Notes under the pieces: generated by a model
Databases searched by the model: none
Told to the model about the DNA's origin: nothing
What the model saw: only the letters and a program-made list of their open reading frames with translations
Shown here: piece by piece, positions 41,295-50,190 of the stretch
Layout of the letters: each line of letters starts with the position of its first letter
Numbering within the stretch: position 1 is the stretch's first letter
Translations under genes and position numbers: made by a program
DNA from: an uncultured Thermoleophilia bacterium
GTDB lineage: Bacteria; Actinomycetota; Thermoleophilia; UBA2241
Direction of reading: 5' to 3'
DNA length: 64,000 bases
Assembly (NCBI GenBank): GCA_963715985.1
Contig: CAVQSP010000008.1
Span: forward strand, 1-64,000

Positions 41295-41983
41295 GCGCGG
41301 CCGGCCTCCCCGAGCACGTGCTCGAGGATCGCGCGCGCCTGCGCCTCGGCCTCGGGCCGCTCGCCCTCGCGGAGCAGCTCGGCGAGGGGGAGGTCGAGGA
41401 CCTCGTGCCAAGCCGCGCGCCGCGCGGCCGGCGGAACGCCGGCCGCGATCGCGCGCGGCTCCCACTCGGCGCGCAGCTCACCCAGCAGAGAGGTCAGATC
41501 CGCGTACTCGGGGCCGAACTCGTCGTCCAGGCGCTCACGCAGCCGCCTGGCCAGGGCCGGGCTGGCGCCGCCGGTGGACACGGCGATGCGCAGCTCTCCG
41601 CGGCGCACGACGGCGGGCAGGATCACGGTCCCCTCGTTCGGGTCGTCCACCACGTTGACCCAGATGCCGCGCTCCCGGGCCAGCCGTGCGACGCGGGCGT
41701 TGAGCTCGGGGTCGTCGCTGGCTGCGACCGCGAGGGTCACGCCGGTCAGGTCGCTGTCGACGAAGGGTCGCGTGATGACCGTGACTCCCTCCGGCATCGG
41801 CAGAGAGTCCAGTGCGACCACGGTGACCGCTGCCCCCGCTTCGATCAGACCGCCGACCTTGCGCAGCGCCACGCCGCCGCCGCCTACCACGAGGCAGGTG
41901 CGGCCGCGCAGGTCCAGGCCGGCCTGGTAGTAACGCCGGCCCGGCCCGGCCTCGCCTCGCGCTGTCGGATCGCCGCTCGTCAT
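41291..41983 (-). CDS. Precorrin-2 dehydrogenase/ferrochelatase (SirC/Met8/CysG-N family)
   Basis: LVVGGGGVALRK, VNVVDDP and IAVSTGGASPALA. Confidence 0.9.
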   Translation of the reverse strand: MTSGDPTARGEAGPGRRYYQAGLDLRGRTCLVVGGGGVALRKVGGLIEAGAAVTVVALDSLPMPEGVTVITRPFVDSDLTGVTLAVAASDDPELNARVARLARERGIWVNVVDDPNEGTVILPAVVRRGELRIAVSTGGASPALARRLRERLDDEFGPEYADLTSLLGELRAEWEPRAIAAGVPPAARRAAWHEVLDLPLAELLREGERPEAEAQARAILEHVLGEAGRA

Positions 41984-42027
41984 TCCGCACAGAATACACG
42001 GCGACCGTCGATGAGGAGGGCCTGACC

Positions 42028-43761
42028 GTGCACATCATGGAGGGCTACCTCCCGCCCGTGTTCTGCGCCGCGTGGACGGCCGCTTCGGCGCCTGCTGTGG
42101 TGCAGAGCGTGCGCAGCACGGCCCGGATCGTCGCTGAGAAGCGCTCGTCGCTGCTGCTCCTGGGTGCCGCGGGCGGATTCTGCTTCGTCCTCTCCGCCCT
42201 CAAGCTCCCCTCAGTCACCGGCAGCTCGTCCCATCCCACCGGCATCGGCTTGGGGGCGATCCTTTTCGGGCCTTGGGTGATGGTGCTCGTCGGCACCATC
42301 GTGCTCGTCTTTCAGGCGCTCCTGCTCGGCCACGGCGGTATCACCACCCTGGGCGCGAACACGTTCTCCATGGCCATCGTGGGCGCGTTCGTGGCCTACT
42401 TCACCTGGCGGCTGGCGAGGAGGCACGGGCTGTCCATGCCGCTGTCCGCGTTCCTGGCCGCGGTGCTCAGTGATCTCGCCACCTACCTCACGACCTCCAT
42501 CCAGCTGGCGTGGGCCTTCCCCGACCCTGCGGGCGGCCTCCTGGGCTCGCTCGCCAAGTTCGCCGGCATATTCGCGCTCACGCAAGTGCCGCTGGCCATC
42601 GTCGAGGGTCTGCTCACCATGCTGGTCGTACAGTCGCTGCTCGCCCACGGGCGCGCCGACCTCGCCGGCACGGCTCTTCTCGACGGCGAGGAGCCGGACC
42701 CCGTAGCCATGCGCTGGGTCGCGCTGGCCGGCGGCCTGGGCGTGCTGATCGTCGTGGTCGCCGCCGTCCTCGTGTCGACGGGCGTCCTCGGATGGGCCGG
42801 CGCGGACGACAGGGCACGCCTTGCCGTCCAGAGCGTGCGCCCGGGATACCAGCCCTGGTTCCACGCCCTCTGGAAGCCCGGCAGCAAGCGCGTGGAGAGC
42901 CTGCTCTTCGCGCTCCAGGCGGCCATCGGTCTGACGGTCATCGGCCTCTACGTGCGGCACGTGCGTCGCCGGCGGCGTGACATGTCGCGCCGTGAGGGAG
43001 GAGGTCCACTCAACCTCATCGACAGCGCCGCACACGGCAACCGGCTGGCGCGCGTGAGCGCCGTCGAGAAGATGACGTTCACGGCCGGTCTGCTGCTGCT
43101 CGCGCTCGTGCTGCCGCCCGTCCCCGGCGATCTGCTGGTCATCGCCGCCGCCGTCATCGCCACGCTGGCGGTGGCGCGCGTCCCCCTCGCGGTGTACGCC
43201 AAGGTCATGGCCATCCCGCTGGTCTTCCTGCTCATCGGTGTGGTGCCACTGCTCTTCAGCCTGTCGCTGGGGGGACACTGGTTCGTGCATCTCTCGGCGG
43301 CCCCCAACGGCCCTGAGCTTGCCTTGCGCGTCGCCCTGCGCGCCGCTGCGGGTCTGAGCAGCATGATCTTCCTGGCGCTCTCCACTCCCCTGCCGCAGAT
43401 CCTGCTGGCCCTGCGGCGTATGGGCATGCCGGCGGTGGTCGTCGAGGTGGCGGCCCTCGTCTACCGCTCCATCTGGACGTTCGTAGAGACCGTGGCCGCC
43501 ACGCGCCGCGCTCAGGCCGCGCGCCTCGGGTACCGCTCCTTCAGCAGCTCGTATCATTCGCTCGGGATGCTGGTCGCCTCCTTCTTCGGCCGCTCGCTGC
43601 AGCGGGCCCGGGCCATGGAGAACGGCCTCGCGGCCCGCAACTGGCACGGCGAGTTGCGCGTGCTGGACGAGGAGGCCGCCGTCTCCGCCGGCCATGTCGC
43701 GCTGATCCTCTGCCCACAGGCGGCCATCGTCGCCGCCACGCTCCTCTGGGTGCTGCGGTGA
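42028..43761 (+). CDS. cbiM: Cobalt ECF transporter CbiM-CbiN-CbiQ in a single ORF
   Basis: MHIMEGYLP and GSSSHPTG (CbiM); GADD...YQPWF...ESLLFALQAAIG (CbiN); STP...YRSI...AQAARLGY...LAAR (CbiQ). Confidence 0.88.
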   Translation: MHIMEGYLPPVFCAAWTAASAPAVVQSVRSTARIVAEKRSSLLLLGAAGGFCFVLSALKLPSVTGSSSHPTGIGLGAILFGPWVMVLVGTIVLVFQALLLGHGGITTLGANTFSMAIVGAFVAYFTWRLARRHGLSMPLSAFLAAVLSDLATYLTTSIQLAWAFPDPAGGLLGSLAKFAGIFALTQVPLAIVEGLLTMLVVQSLLAHGRADLAGTALLDGEEPDPVAMRWVALAGGLGVLIVVVAAVLVSTGVLGWAGADDRARLAVQSVRPGYQPWFHALWKPGSKRVESLLFALQAAIGLTVIGLYVRHVRRRRRDMSRREGGGPLNLIDSAAHGNRLARVSAVEKMTFTAGLLLLALVLPPVPGDLLVIAAAVIATLAVARVPLAVYAKVMAIPLVFLLIGVVPLLFSLSLGGHWFVHLSAAPNGPELALRVALRAAAGLSSMIFLALSTPLPQILLALRRMGMPAVVVEVAALVYRSIWTFVETVAATRRAQAARLGYRSFSSSYHSLGMLVASFFGRSLQRARAMENGLAARNWHGELRVLDEEAAVSAGHVALILCPQAAIVAATLLWVLR

Positions 43762-44645
43762 CGGCGGCCGTGCTCTCGGCGCGTGAGCTCACGTTCCGCT
43801 ACGGCGACGTGGTCGGCGTCAGCAGCCTCTCGCTGGAGGTCAGCGAGGGTCGGCGGCTCGCGATCGTCGGCGCCAACGGCGCCGGCAAGACGACACTCCT
43901 CCTTCATCTGAACGGGACGCACCGGCCGTCCGCGGGCACCGTCCTGCTGCGCGGGGTGCCCGTCTCCTACGACCGCCAGGGCCTCACCGCCCTGCGCACG
44001 GCCGTCGGCCTGGTGTTCCAGAACCCGGACGACCAGCTGTTCGCCGGCAGCGTGTTCCAGGACGTGTCGTTCGGGCCGCTGAACATCGGGCTCTCCGAGG
44101 CCGAGGCGCGCACGCGGGTGGACGACGCCCTCGAGGCGCTCGAGATCGCGCACCTGCGCGACCGCCCCACGCACATGCTCAGCTACGGTCAGAAGAAGCG
44201 CGCCGCCATCGCCGGAGCGGTTGCCATGCGGCCCGAGGTGCTGATCCTCGACGAGCCCATGGCCGGCCTCGACCCCAGCGGCTCCTGGCACCTCATGGGC
44301 CTGCTGACGCGTCTGCACGAGTCGGGCACCACGCTGGTGGTGGCGACCCACGACATGAGCCTCGCCTACGAGTGGGCCGACGAGGTCGCCGTGCTGCGTG
44401 AGGGCGCCATCGTGGCGCACGGCGAGCCGCAGGACGTGATGCACGATCCCGCGGAGCTGGCACACTGTGGCCTGCGCGTGCCGTGGGTGGCCGACATCGC
44501 GCAGACGCTGCGCGACTGCGGCGTCCTGCCGCCCGACGTGCCCTCGCCGCGCACCCGTGACGAGCTCAAGGAGATGCTCACGGTGCGCTGCGGGGTCGCC
44601 CGGCCATGCGCGGACGAGGTGCCGGCGCCGTCGCGGGCCGAGTAG
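43758..44645 (+). CDS. cbiO: Cobalt ECF ATPase
   Basis: GANGAGKTT, FQNPDDQLF, LSYGQKKR and LDEP. Confidence 0.92.
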   Translation: MTAAVLSARELTFRYGDVVGVSSLSLEVSEGRRLAIVGANGAGKTTLLLHLNGTHRPSAGTVLLRGVPVSYDRQGLTALRTAVGLVFQNPDDQLFAGSVFQDVSFGPLNIGLSEAEARTRVDDALEALEIAHLRDRPTHMLSYGQKKRAAIAGAVAMRPEVLILDEPMAGLDPSGSWHLMGLLTRLHESGTTLVVATHDMSLAYEWADEVAVLREGAIVAHGEPQDVMHDPAELAHCGLRVPWVADIAQTLRDCGVLPPDVPSPRTRDELKEMLTVRCGVARPCADEVPAPSRAE

Positions 44646-44733
44646 AGGAGTGGCGCGCTCACCTCTGCGCAGCAGTGCCGCTGTGGTCACGCCGGCCTGC
44701 TAAGCTCCGCGACATACCGGACGGGAGCCCGCC

Positions 44734-45345
44734 ATGCACCACCTCGCCGACTTGTTCGCCCGCAACCGCGACTGGGCGGAGGGCCGTGTCGCAGCCGACC
44801 CGGCCTTCTTTGCGCGGCTGCGCGACATCCAGCGCCCGGATCTGCTGTGGATCGGCTGTTCGGACAGCCGCGTCCCGGCCAACGAGATCGTCGGCCTGGC
44901 GCCCGGCGAGCTGTTCGTGCACCGCAACGTGGCCAACGTGGTGCCGGTCACCGACCTCAACGCGATGGCGGTCATCGAGTACGCGGTGTCCTCCCTTGGC
45001 GTGCGTCACGTCATCGTCTGCGGCCACTACCGCTGCGGCGGCGTGCGCGCTGCCCTCGAGGGTCATCAGGCCGGGGCCGTGGCGCTCTGGCTGCAGCCGC
45101 TGCGGAACCTCGCCGACGAGCACCGCGCCGAGCTCGACGCTCTCCCCTCGGCGGAGGCGCGCTGGGACAGGCTCTGTGAACTCAACGTCGCCGCACAGGT
45201 GCGTGCCGTGGCCTCGTCGGAGATCGTCGAGTCCGCCTGGGAGCGCGGCGCCGAGCTGGCGGTGCACGGCTGGATCTACGACCTGGGGGACGGCCTGCTC
45301 CAGGACCTCGAGGTCACGGTCGCCAGCGCCATCGCGCCGCGATGA
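44734..45345 (+). CDS. can: Beta-class carbonic anhydrase
   Basis: WIGCSDSRVP, FVHRNVAN and CGHYRCGG. Confidence 0.93.
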   Translation: MHHLADLFARNRDWAEGRVAADPAFFARLRDIQRPDLLWIGCSDSRVPANEIVGLAPGELFVHRNVANVVPVTDLNAMAVIEYAVSSLGVRHVIVCGHYRCGGVRAALEGHQAGAVALWLQPLRNLADEHRAELDALPSAEARWDRLCELNVAAQVRAVASSEIVESAWERGAELAVHGWIYDLGDGLLQDLEVTVASAIAPR

Positions 45346-45465
45346 CCGCGCGCGGTCCGGCCGTCGGCCTGCTTGCAACGATCTGCGCGGGGAAGAACAG
45401 GCATCACACGGGCTCGTGACCGGAACGCTGCGGGCGACGAGCCAGCCGCGAAAGGCAGGCGCACG

Positions 45466-45838
45466 ATGACGAACAGGTCGACCGCCCGCACCATCGACGA
45501 GTACTTGGCGGAGTTCCCGCCGGAGACCCGGGCGGTGCTCGAGGAGATGCGCGCCCTCATCAGGGCCGAGGCGCCGGAGGCGACGGAGACGATCAGCTAC
45601 GCGATCCCCACGTTCGACCTCCACGGCAGGCATCTGGTGCACTTCGCGGGGTACGAGAAGCACATCGGGTTCTATCCGGGTGCGCGCGGCATCGCGGCGT
45701 TCAAGGAGGAGCTCACCGGCTTCAAGAGCGCCAAAGGCTCGGTGCAGTTCCCGCTCGGTCAAGCCGCTGCCCGCAGACCTCATCCGCCGCATCGTCGCGT
45801 TCAGGGTCGAGGAGGGTACCCGCAGGGCAGCGAAGTAG
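45466..45838 (+). CDS. DUF1801/YdhG-like protein; frameshift near 45760
   Basis: TIDEYLA, ETISYAIPTF, HIGFYP and KGSVQFP. Confidence 0.82.
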
Positions 45839-45938
45839 CACGCGGCCGCGCGGAAGCTGCGCGCTCACGCGCTCCAGACGGCTGTCAGGTGCGCCGATAG
45901 AGCAGGTGACGATCCGGGCTCGCCGATGGGAGGACGCC

Positions 45939-47603
45939 GTGTCCGCGGACTACACCGTTTCCCGCCACCTTCTGAGACGCCTCGAGGAGGTCGGCATCCG
46001 GCACCTCTTCGGGGTGCCCGGGGACTACGTGCTCGACTTCTGCGACGAGGTCGTCGCCGGTCCCCTCCAGTGGGTGGGGACCTGCAACGAGCTGAACGCC
46101 GGGTACGCGGCGGACGGCTACGCCCGACTCAACGGCGCCGGCGCCGCCGTGGTCACCTACGGTGTCGGCGGCCTCAGCGTGCTCAACGCCCTCGCCGGCG
46201 CGTACGCCGAGCAGGTCCCCGTGATCATCGTCAGCGGCGCCCCGCCGGCCCGGCGCCGCGAGTCTCACGCCATGGTCCATCACCTCATCTCCAGCTACTA
46301 CCTGCAGCTGGACATCTGCAAGAGGATGACGGCCGACGCGGCCATCCTCACCGACCCGGAGACCGCGCCCGACGACATCGACCGCGTCGTCGCCGCCTGC
46401 GTCGCCGGCAAGCTGCCGGTGTACCTCGAGCTGCCCGCCGACGTCGCCGTGGCCGAGTGCCCTGTGCCCGGAGAGCTGCACATCCCGGCGCCGCCACCCT
46501 CCGACGAGGACGCGCTGGAGGAGTGCGTCGCCGAGGTGGTCGCGTTGCTCGATGCCGCCGAGCACCCACTGATCCTGGCCGGGGTGGAGCTGATGCGCTA
46601 CGGCCTCGGCGAGGAGGCGCTCACCCTCGTGGAGACCACGGAGATCCCCTTCGCCTCCATGCTCAGCAGCAAGTCCCTGCTGCCCGAGCTGCATCCGCAG
46701 TTCGTCGGTGTGTACCAGGGCGCCTGGAGCCGCGAGGCAGTGCGGCGCGAGGTGGAGAGCGCCGACTGCGTACTGTCGCTCGGCGTCCGCAACACCGACC
46801 TCGACACGGGGCTGTTCAGCGCCGACCTGGACAGCCGACGCGTCATCGGCGCCCACGGCGGCGAGGTGCGTATCGGCCATCACTTCTACCGTCAGATCCG
46901 GCTGGACGACCTGATGAAGCGCCTCGCCGGGGCCGTGCGGCCGCGCTCGTACGTGAGCTCGCACCCGGCCGAAGCCTACCGGCCGCTGCGGCCCTTTGAG
47001 GCGCGGCCCTCGTGCCAACTCACCGCCAAGCGCCTGTACGAGGCCGTGGACCACTTCCTCGACGACGACATGATCCTGCTGGCCGAGCCCGGCGACGCCT
47101 TCTGCGCGGCGCCCGAGTTCCACATCGAAGAGGCCGAGAACTTCATCGTGCAGATCTACTACAGCTCCATCGGGTACTGCACGCCGGCGGCGCTCGGCGT
47201 GGCGCTCGCTCGTCCGCGCAAGCGCCCCGTGGTCCTGACCGGCGACGGCGCCTTCCAGATGACGGCGCAGGAGGTCTCCACGCTGATCCGCGAGCGCCTT
47301 CCCGCCGTGATCGTGGTGATCAACAACGACGGCTACCTGGTCGAGCGCAAGCTCCACGAGGACGGTCCGTACAACGACATCAACATGTGGCAGTACTCGC
47401 GCCTCCCGGCGGTGCTGGGCGACGGGTCGTTCGTCGTGGGGATGCGCGCGACGACCGAGGACGAGCTCGCCGACGCTCTGGCGACCGCCGACGCCGAGAA
47501 GGACAAGCTCGTGCTCATCGAGGCCTGTATCCCCGGCCGCGACTGCTCGGAGGGTCTGGAGCGGCTCGGCGAGGCTTTCCGCCGGGCGCAGGGCAAGAAG
47601 TAG
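45939..47603 (+). CDS. ThDP-dependent alpha-keto acid decarboxylase (pyruvate/indolepyruvate decarboxylase family)
   Basis: FGVPGDY, CNELNAGYAADGYAR, HH motif and GDGAFQMT...NNDGY. Confidence 0.9.
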   Translation: MSADYTVSRHLLRRLEEVGIRHLFGVPGDYVLDFCDEVVAGPLQWVGTCNELNAGYAADGYARLNGAGAAVVTYGVGGLSVLNALAGAYAEQVPVIIVSGAPPARRRESHAMVHHLISSYYLQLDICKRMTADAAILTDPETAPDDIDRVVAACVAGKLPVYLELPADVAVAECPVPGELHIPAPPPSDEDALEECVAEVVALLDAAEHPLILAGVELMRYGLGEEALTLVETTEIPFASMLSSKSLLPELHPQFVGVYQGAWSREAVRREVESADCVLSLGVRNTDLDTGLFSADLDSRRVIGAHGGEVRIGHHFYRQIRLDDLMKRLAGAVRPRSYVSSHPAEAYRPLRPFEARPSCQLTAKRLYEAVDHFLDDDMILLAEPGDAFCAAPEFHIEEAENFIVQIYYSSIGYCTPAALGVALARPRKRPVVLTGDGAFQMTAQEVSTLIRERLPAVIVVINNDGYLVERKLHEDGPYNDINMWQYSRLPAVLGDGSFVVGMRATTEDELADALATADAEKDKLVLIEACIPGRDCSEGLERLGEAFRRAQGKK

Positions 47604-47622
47604 GCGCCGGCCGGCGGTCCGC

Positions 47623-48078
47623 TCAGCTGTACTCGCCCCAGCGGCCCCAGGGCTCGCTCTCCACGCGACCCCGCCGCCAGTGGAAGCGTGCGAACACGGG
47701 AGCATCGTCCAACTCGGGGAGCGCGGCCGAGAGCGCGGCGTCGGCGCAGCGCATCGCGCCGAGCACCATGGTCCGGTAGCGGCGGAAGATCCCGCGGCGC
47801 ATCTTCCCCGTGCCGAAGATGGGGAGCCCGCCCTGCGCCATCATGTGCAGGTCCAGGCGAGGACCGTCGTCGTCGACGACCCACTCGCCCAGCACCTCGT
47901 CGCGCTCGAGGCGCACCTGCAGGGCGCGAAGGGCTTTGCGGTCGTAGTCGGCGCCGATCGCCAGGAACAGGTGGCCGGTCCTGTCCGAGTGCGTGAGCGT
48001 GTAGCGTCGCGGCGCCGGCGGGCCGGCGGGCCGGACGCCGTCGAGGAAGCTCACGTGGAGTCTGGAAGCATCGAACAT
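47623..48078 (-). CDS. Stay-green (SGR) family protein, Mg-dechelatase homologue
   Basis: MFDASRLHV...PRRYTLTHSDRTGHLFLAIG...RDEVLGEW...LH...IF...F...WG. Confidence 0.8.
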   Translation of the reverse strand: MFDASRLHVSFLDGVRPAGPPAPRRYTLTHSDRTGHLFLAIGADYDRKALRALQVRLERDEVLGEWVVDDDGPRLDLHMMAQGGLPIFGTGKMRRGIFRRYRTMVLGAMRCADAALSAALPELDDAPVFARFHWRRGRVESEPWGRWGEYS

Positions 48079-48270
48079 AGATTGGCCCGGGATGGTCGCA
48101 GGGACGGACGTTGCACTCAGGGTACCCGCGGCGGGGGCGAGCGTATGCATGGCTGCGCGCGGGTTGCGGGCTGGGTGGGTAGACTGCGGCCGAGGCTCCA
48201 GCGACGAAAGGCGGCGTGCGGTGGCGATCAGGGCGACTGAGACGGACCTCCTGCGCGGGACGGGTGCCCC

Positions 48271-49149
48271 GTGACCAAAGCGGAACGCGCCGCGATCGTG
48301 GCCCTGCCCGTGGCGGTTGCAGTCGCCGCCGGCGTGGCGGTGGCGGGAAGCCAGGGCGGGAACACCGTGGGCGGCTTCCCCGTGTTCGCCCTCTGCGTGG
48401 TGCTTGCGTTCGCCGTCCAGTGGGTGGCGTTCGTGCCGGCCTACATCATGCAGAGCGAGCGCTTCTTCGACCTCACCGGCAGCCTCACCTACATCGTCGT
48501 GACGGTCGTCGCCGTGGTGCTCTCGGCCGGCGCCGACGACAGGTCCGCGCTGCTCCTGGTGATGGTCGTCGTCTGGGCGGTGCGCCTGGGGTCCTACCTC
48601 TTCCTGCGCATCCGCCGGGCGGGCGCGGACGCTCGCTTCGACGACATCAAGCCGTCGTTCTTGCGCTTCCTCAACACATGGACGCTGCAGGGCCTGTGGG
48701 TGAGCCTCACGCTGGCGGCGGCGCTGGCGGCGATCACCACCACGGCGCGCGAGGGCATCGGCGCGGTCACGTGGGTGGGCGCCGCCATCTGGCTGCTCGG
48801 CATCGGCCTGGAGGCCACCGCCGATGTCCAGAAGAGCCGCTTCCGCTCCGACCCGGCCAACAAGGGCCGCTTCATCCACACGGGCCTGTGGTCGTGGTCG
48901 CGCCACCCCAACTACTTCGGGGAGATCGTCCTCTGGGTCGGCGTGGCCGTGGTCGCGGCGCCGGTGCTGCACGGCTGGCAGTGGGTGACGCTCATCTCGC
49001 CGGTCTTCGTCTTCCTGCTGCTGACGCGCGTCAGCGGCGTCCCGCTGCTGGAGAAGAGCGCCGACGCGAAGTGGGGCGGTCAGGCCGACTACGAGGCGTA
49101 CAAGGCACGCACGCCGGTCCTCGTGCCACGGCCGCCAAGACGGGCGTGA
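48271..49149 (+). CDS. DUF1295 / steroid 5-alpha-reductase-like membrane protein
   Basis: WAVRLG, DARFD, ADVQK, GLWSWSRHPNYFGE and SGVPLLE. Confidence 0.88.
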   Translation: MTKAERAAIVALPVAVAVAAGVAVAGSQGGNTVGGFPVFALCVVLAFAVQWVAFVPAYIMQSERFFDLTGSLTYIVVTVVAVVLSAGADDRSALLLVMVVVWAVRLGSYLFLRIRRAGADARFDDIKPSFLRFLNTWTLQGLWVSLTLAAALAAITTTAREGIGAVTWVGAAIWLLGIGLEATADVQKSRFRSDPANKGRFIHTGLWSWSRHPNYFGEIVLWVGVAVVAAPVLHGWQWVTLISPVFVFLLLTRVSGVPLLEKSADAKWGGQADYEAYKARTPVLVPRPPRRA

Positions 49150-50126
49150 GCACCTCGTCGCCGGGCGCCGGGCGGGCCGTCCGCGCCGCGATCCTGGACA
49201 TGGACGGCCTCATGTTCGACTCCGAGCGCGCGGCGCGCGAGGCGTGGCGCGCCGCGCTCGCCGGGCGCGGCTACGCCCTCGACGATGATGTGTACGCGCG
49301 TGCGATCGGGCGCACCGCGCAGGAGGCGCGCGCTGTGTTCGTCGAGGCTTTCGGTGAGGACCTGCCGGTCGCGGCGATCGAGGCCGACATGGCGCTGCGG
49401 CTGCGCCAGCTACTCGAGCCCGTGCCGCCGCTCAAGCCGGGGCTGCACGCGCTTCTCGACACCCTCGACGAGCTCGGGCTGCCGGCGGCCGTGGCGAGCG
49501 CCACTGCCGCCGCCGAGGTGCGCCGCCGGCTCGCGGCGGCCGCTCTCGCGGACCGCTTCGCGGTCGTCGTCGGCGGCGACGAGGTGCGCGCCGGCAAGCC
49601 GGCTCCCGACCTGTTCGTGCACGCCGCGGACGTCCTGGGCGTCGCGCCTGCCGCCTGCGTCGTCCTCGAGGACTCCGAAGCCGGCATCCGCGCGGCCGCC
49701 GCCGCCGGCATGGTCCCGGTCATGGTGCCGGACCTTGTGCTGCCGTCGGCCGAGTGCCTCGCGCTCTGCGAGTCGGTGGTCGGCACGCTGGGAGGCGCCG
49801 CTATGGTCATCCGGGCGCTGGTCCGCGGCGTCCAGCCCGGCGGAGGTGCGGTTCCGAGGGCTCTTCGGCCGTTCGGCTCCCTTGACGGCTACTTCGCCGC
49901 CGCGAAGGAGCTCATAGCTCGCCTCGAGCGCGGCGGCCATCGCGCCGCGGCGGCCCAGCTTGGTGATGGGTATAGCTGTCTCAACGGGCTCACCGACGGC
50001 TGGGCGCTCTTCCTCGAGTCCATCGACAGGGTGCGGGCCGAGCACGCCGCGGCGCTGAGCGATGACGAGCGGCGGGAGCTTGACGAGTTAAGGCTCGTGG
50101 CCCGGATGATGGTGAGGCGCCGCTGA
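49146..50126 (+). CDS. HAD-family phosphatase with an unexplained C-terminal helical extension
   Basis: ILDMDGLMFDSE, KPAPD and LEDSEAG. Confidence 0.8.
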   Translation: MSTSSPGAGRAVRAAILDMDGLMFDSERAAREAWRAALAGRGYALDDDVYARAIGRTAQEARAVFVEAFGEDLPVAAIEADMALRLRQLLEPVPPLKPGLHALLDTLDELGLPAAVASATAAAEVRRRLAAAALADRFAVVVGGDEVRAGKPAPDLFVHAADVLGVAPAACVVLEDSEAGIRAAAAAGMVPVMVPDLVLPSAECLALCESVVGTLGGAAMVIRALVRGVQPGGGAVPRALRPFGSLDGYFAAAKELIARLERGGHRAAAAQLGDGYSCLNGLTDGWALFLESIDRVRAEHAAALSDDERRELDELRLVARMMVRRR

Positions 50127-50190
50127 ACTGGGCCGGGTGCAGGCGCGGCGGTAGACTGCGGCCGAAGGGCGACCGACACGTGAGGTGCCG

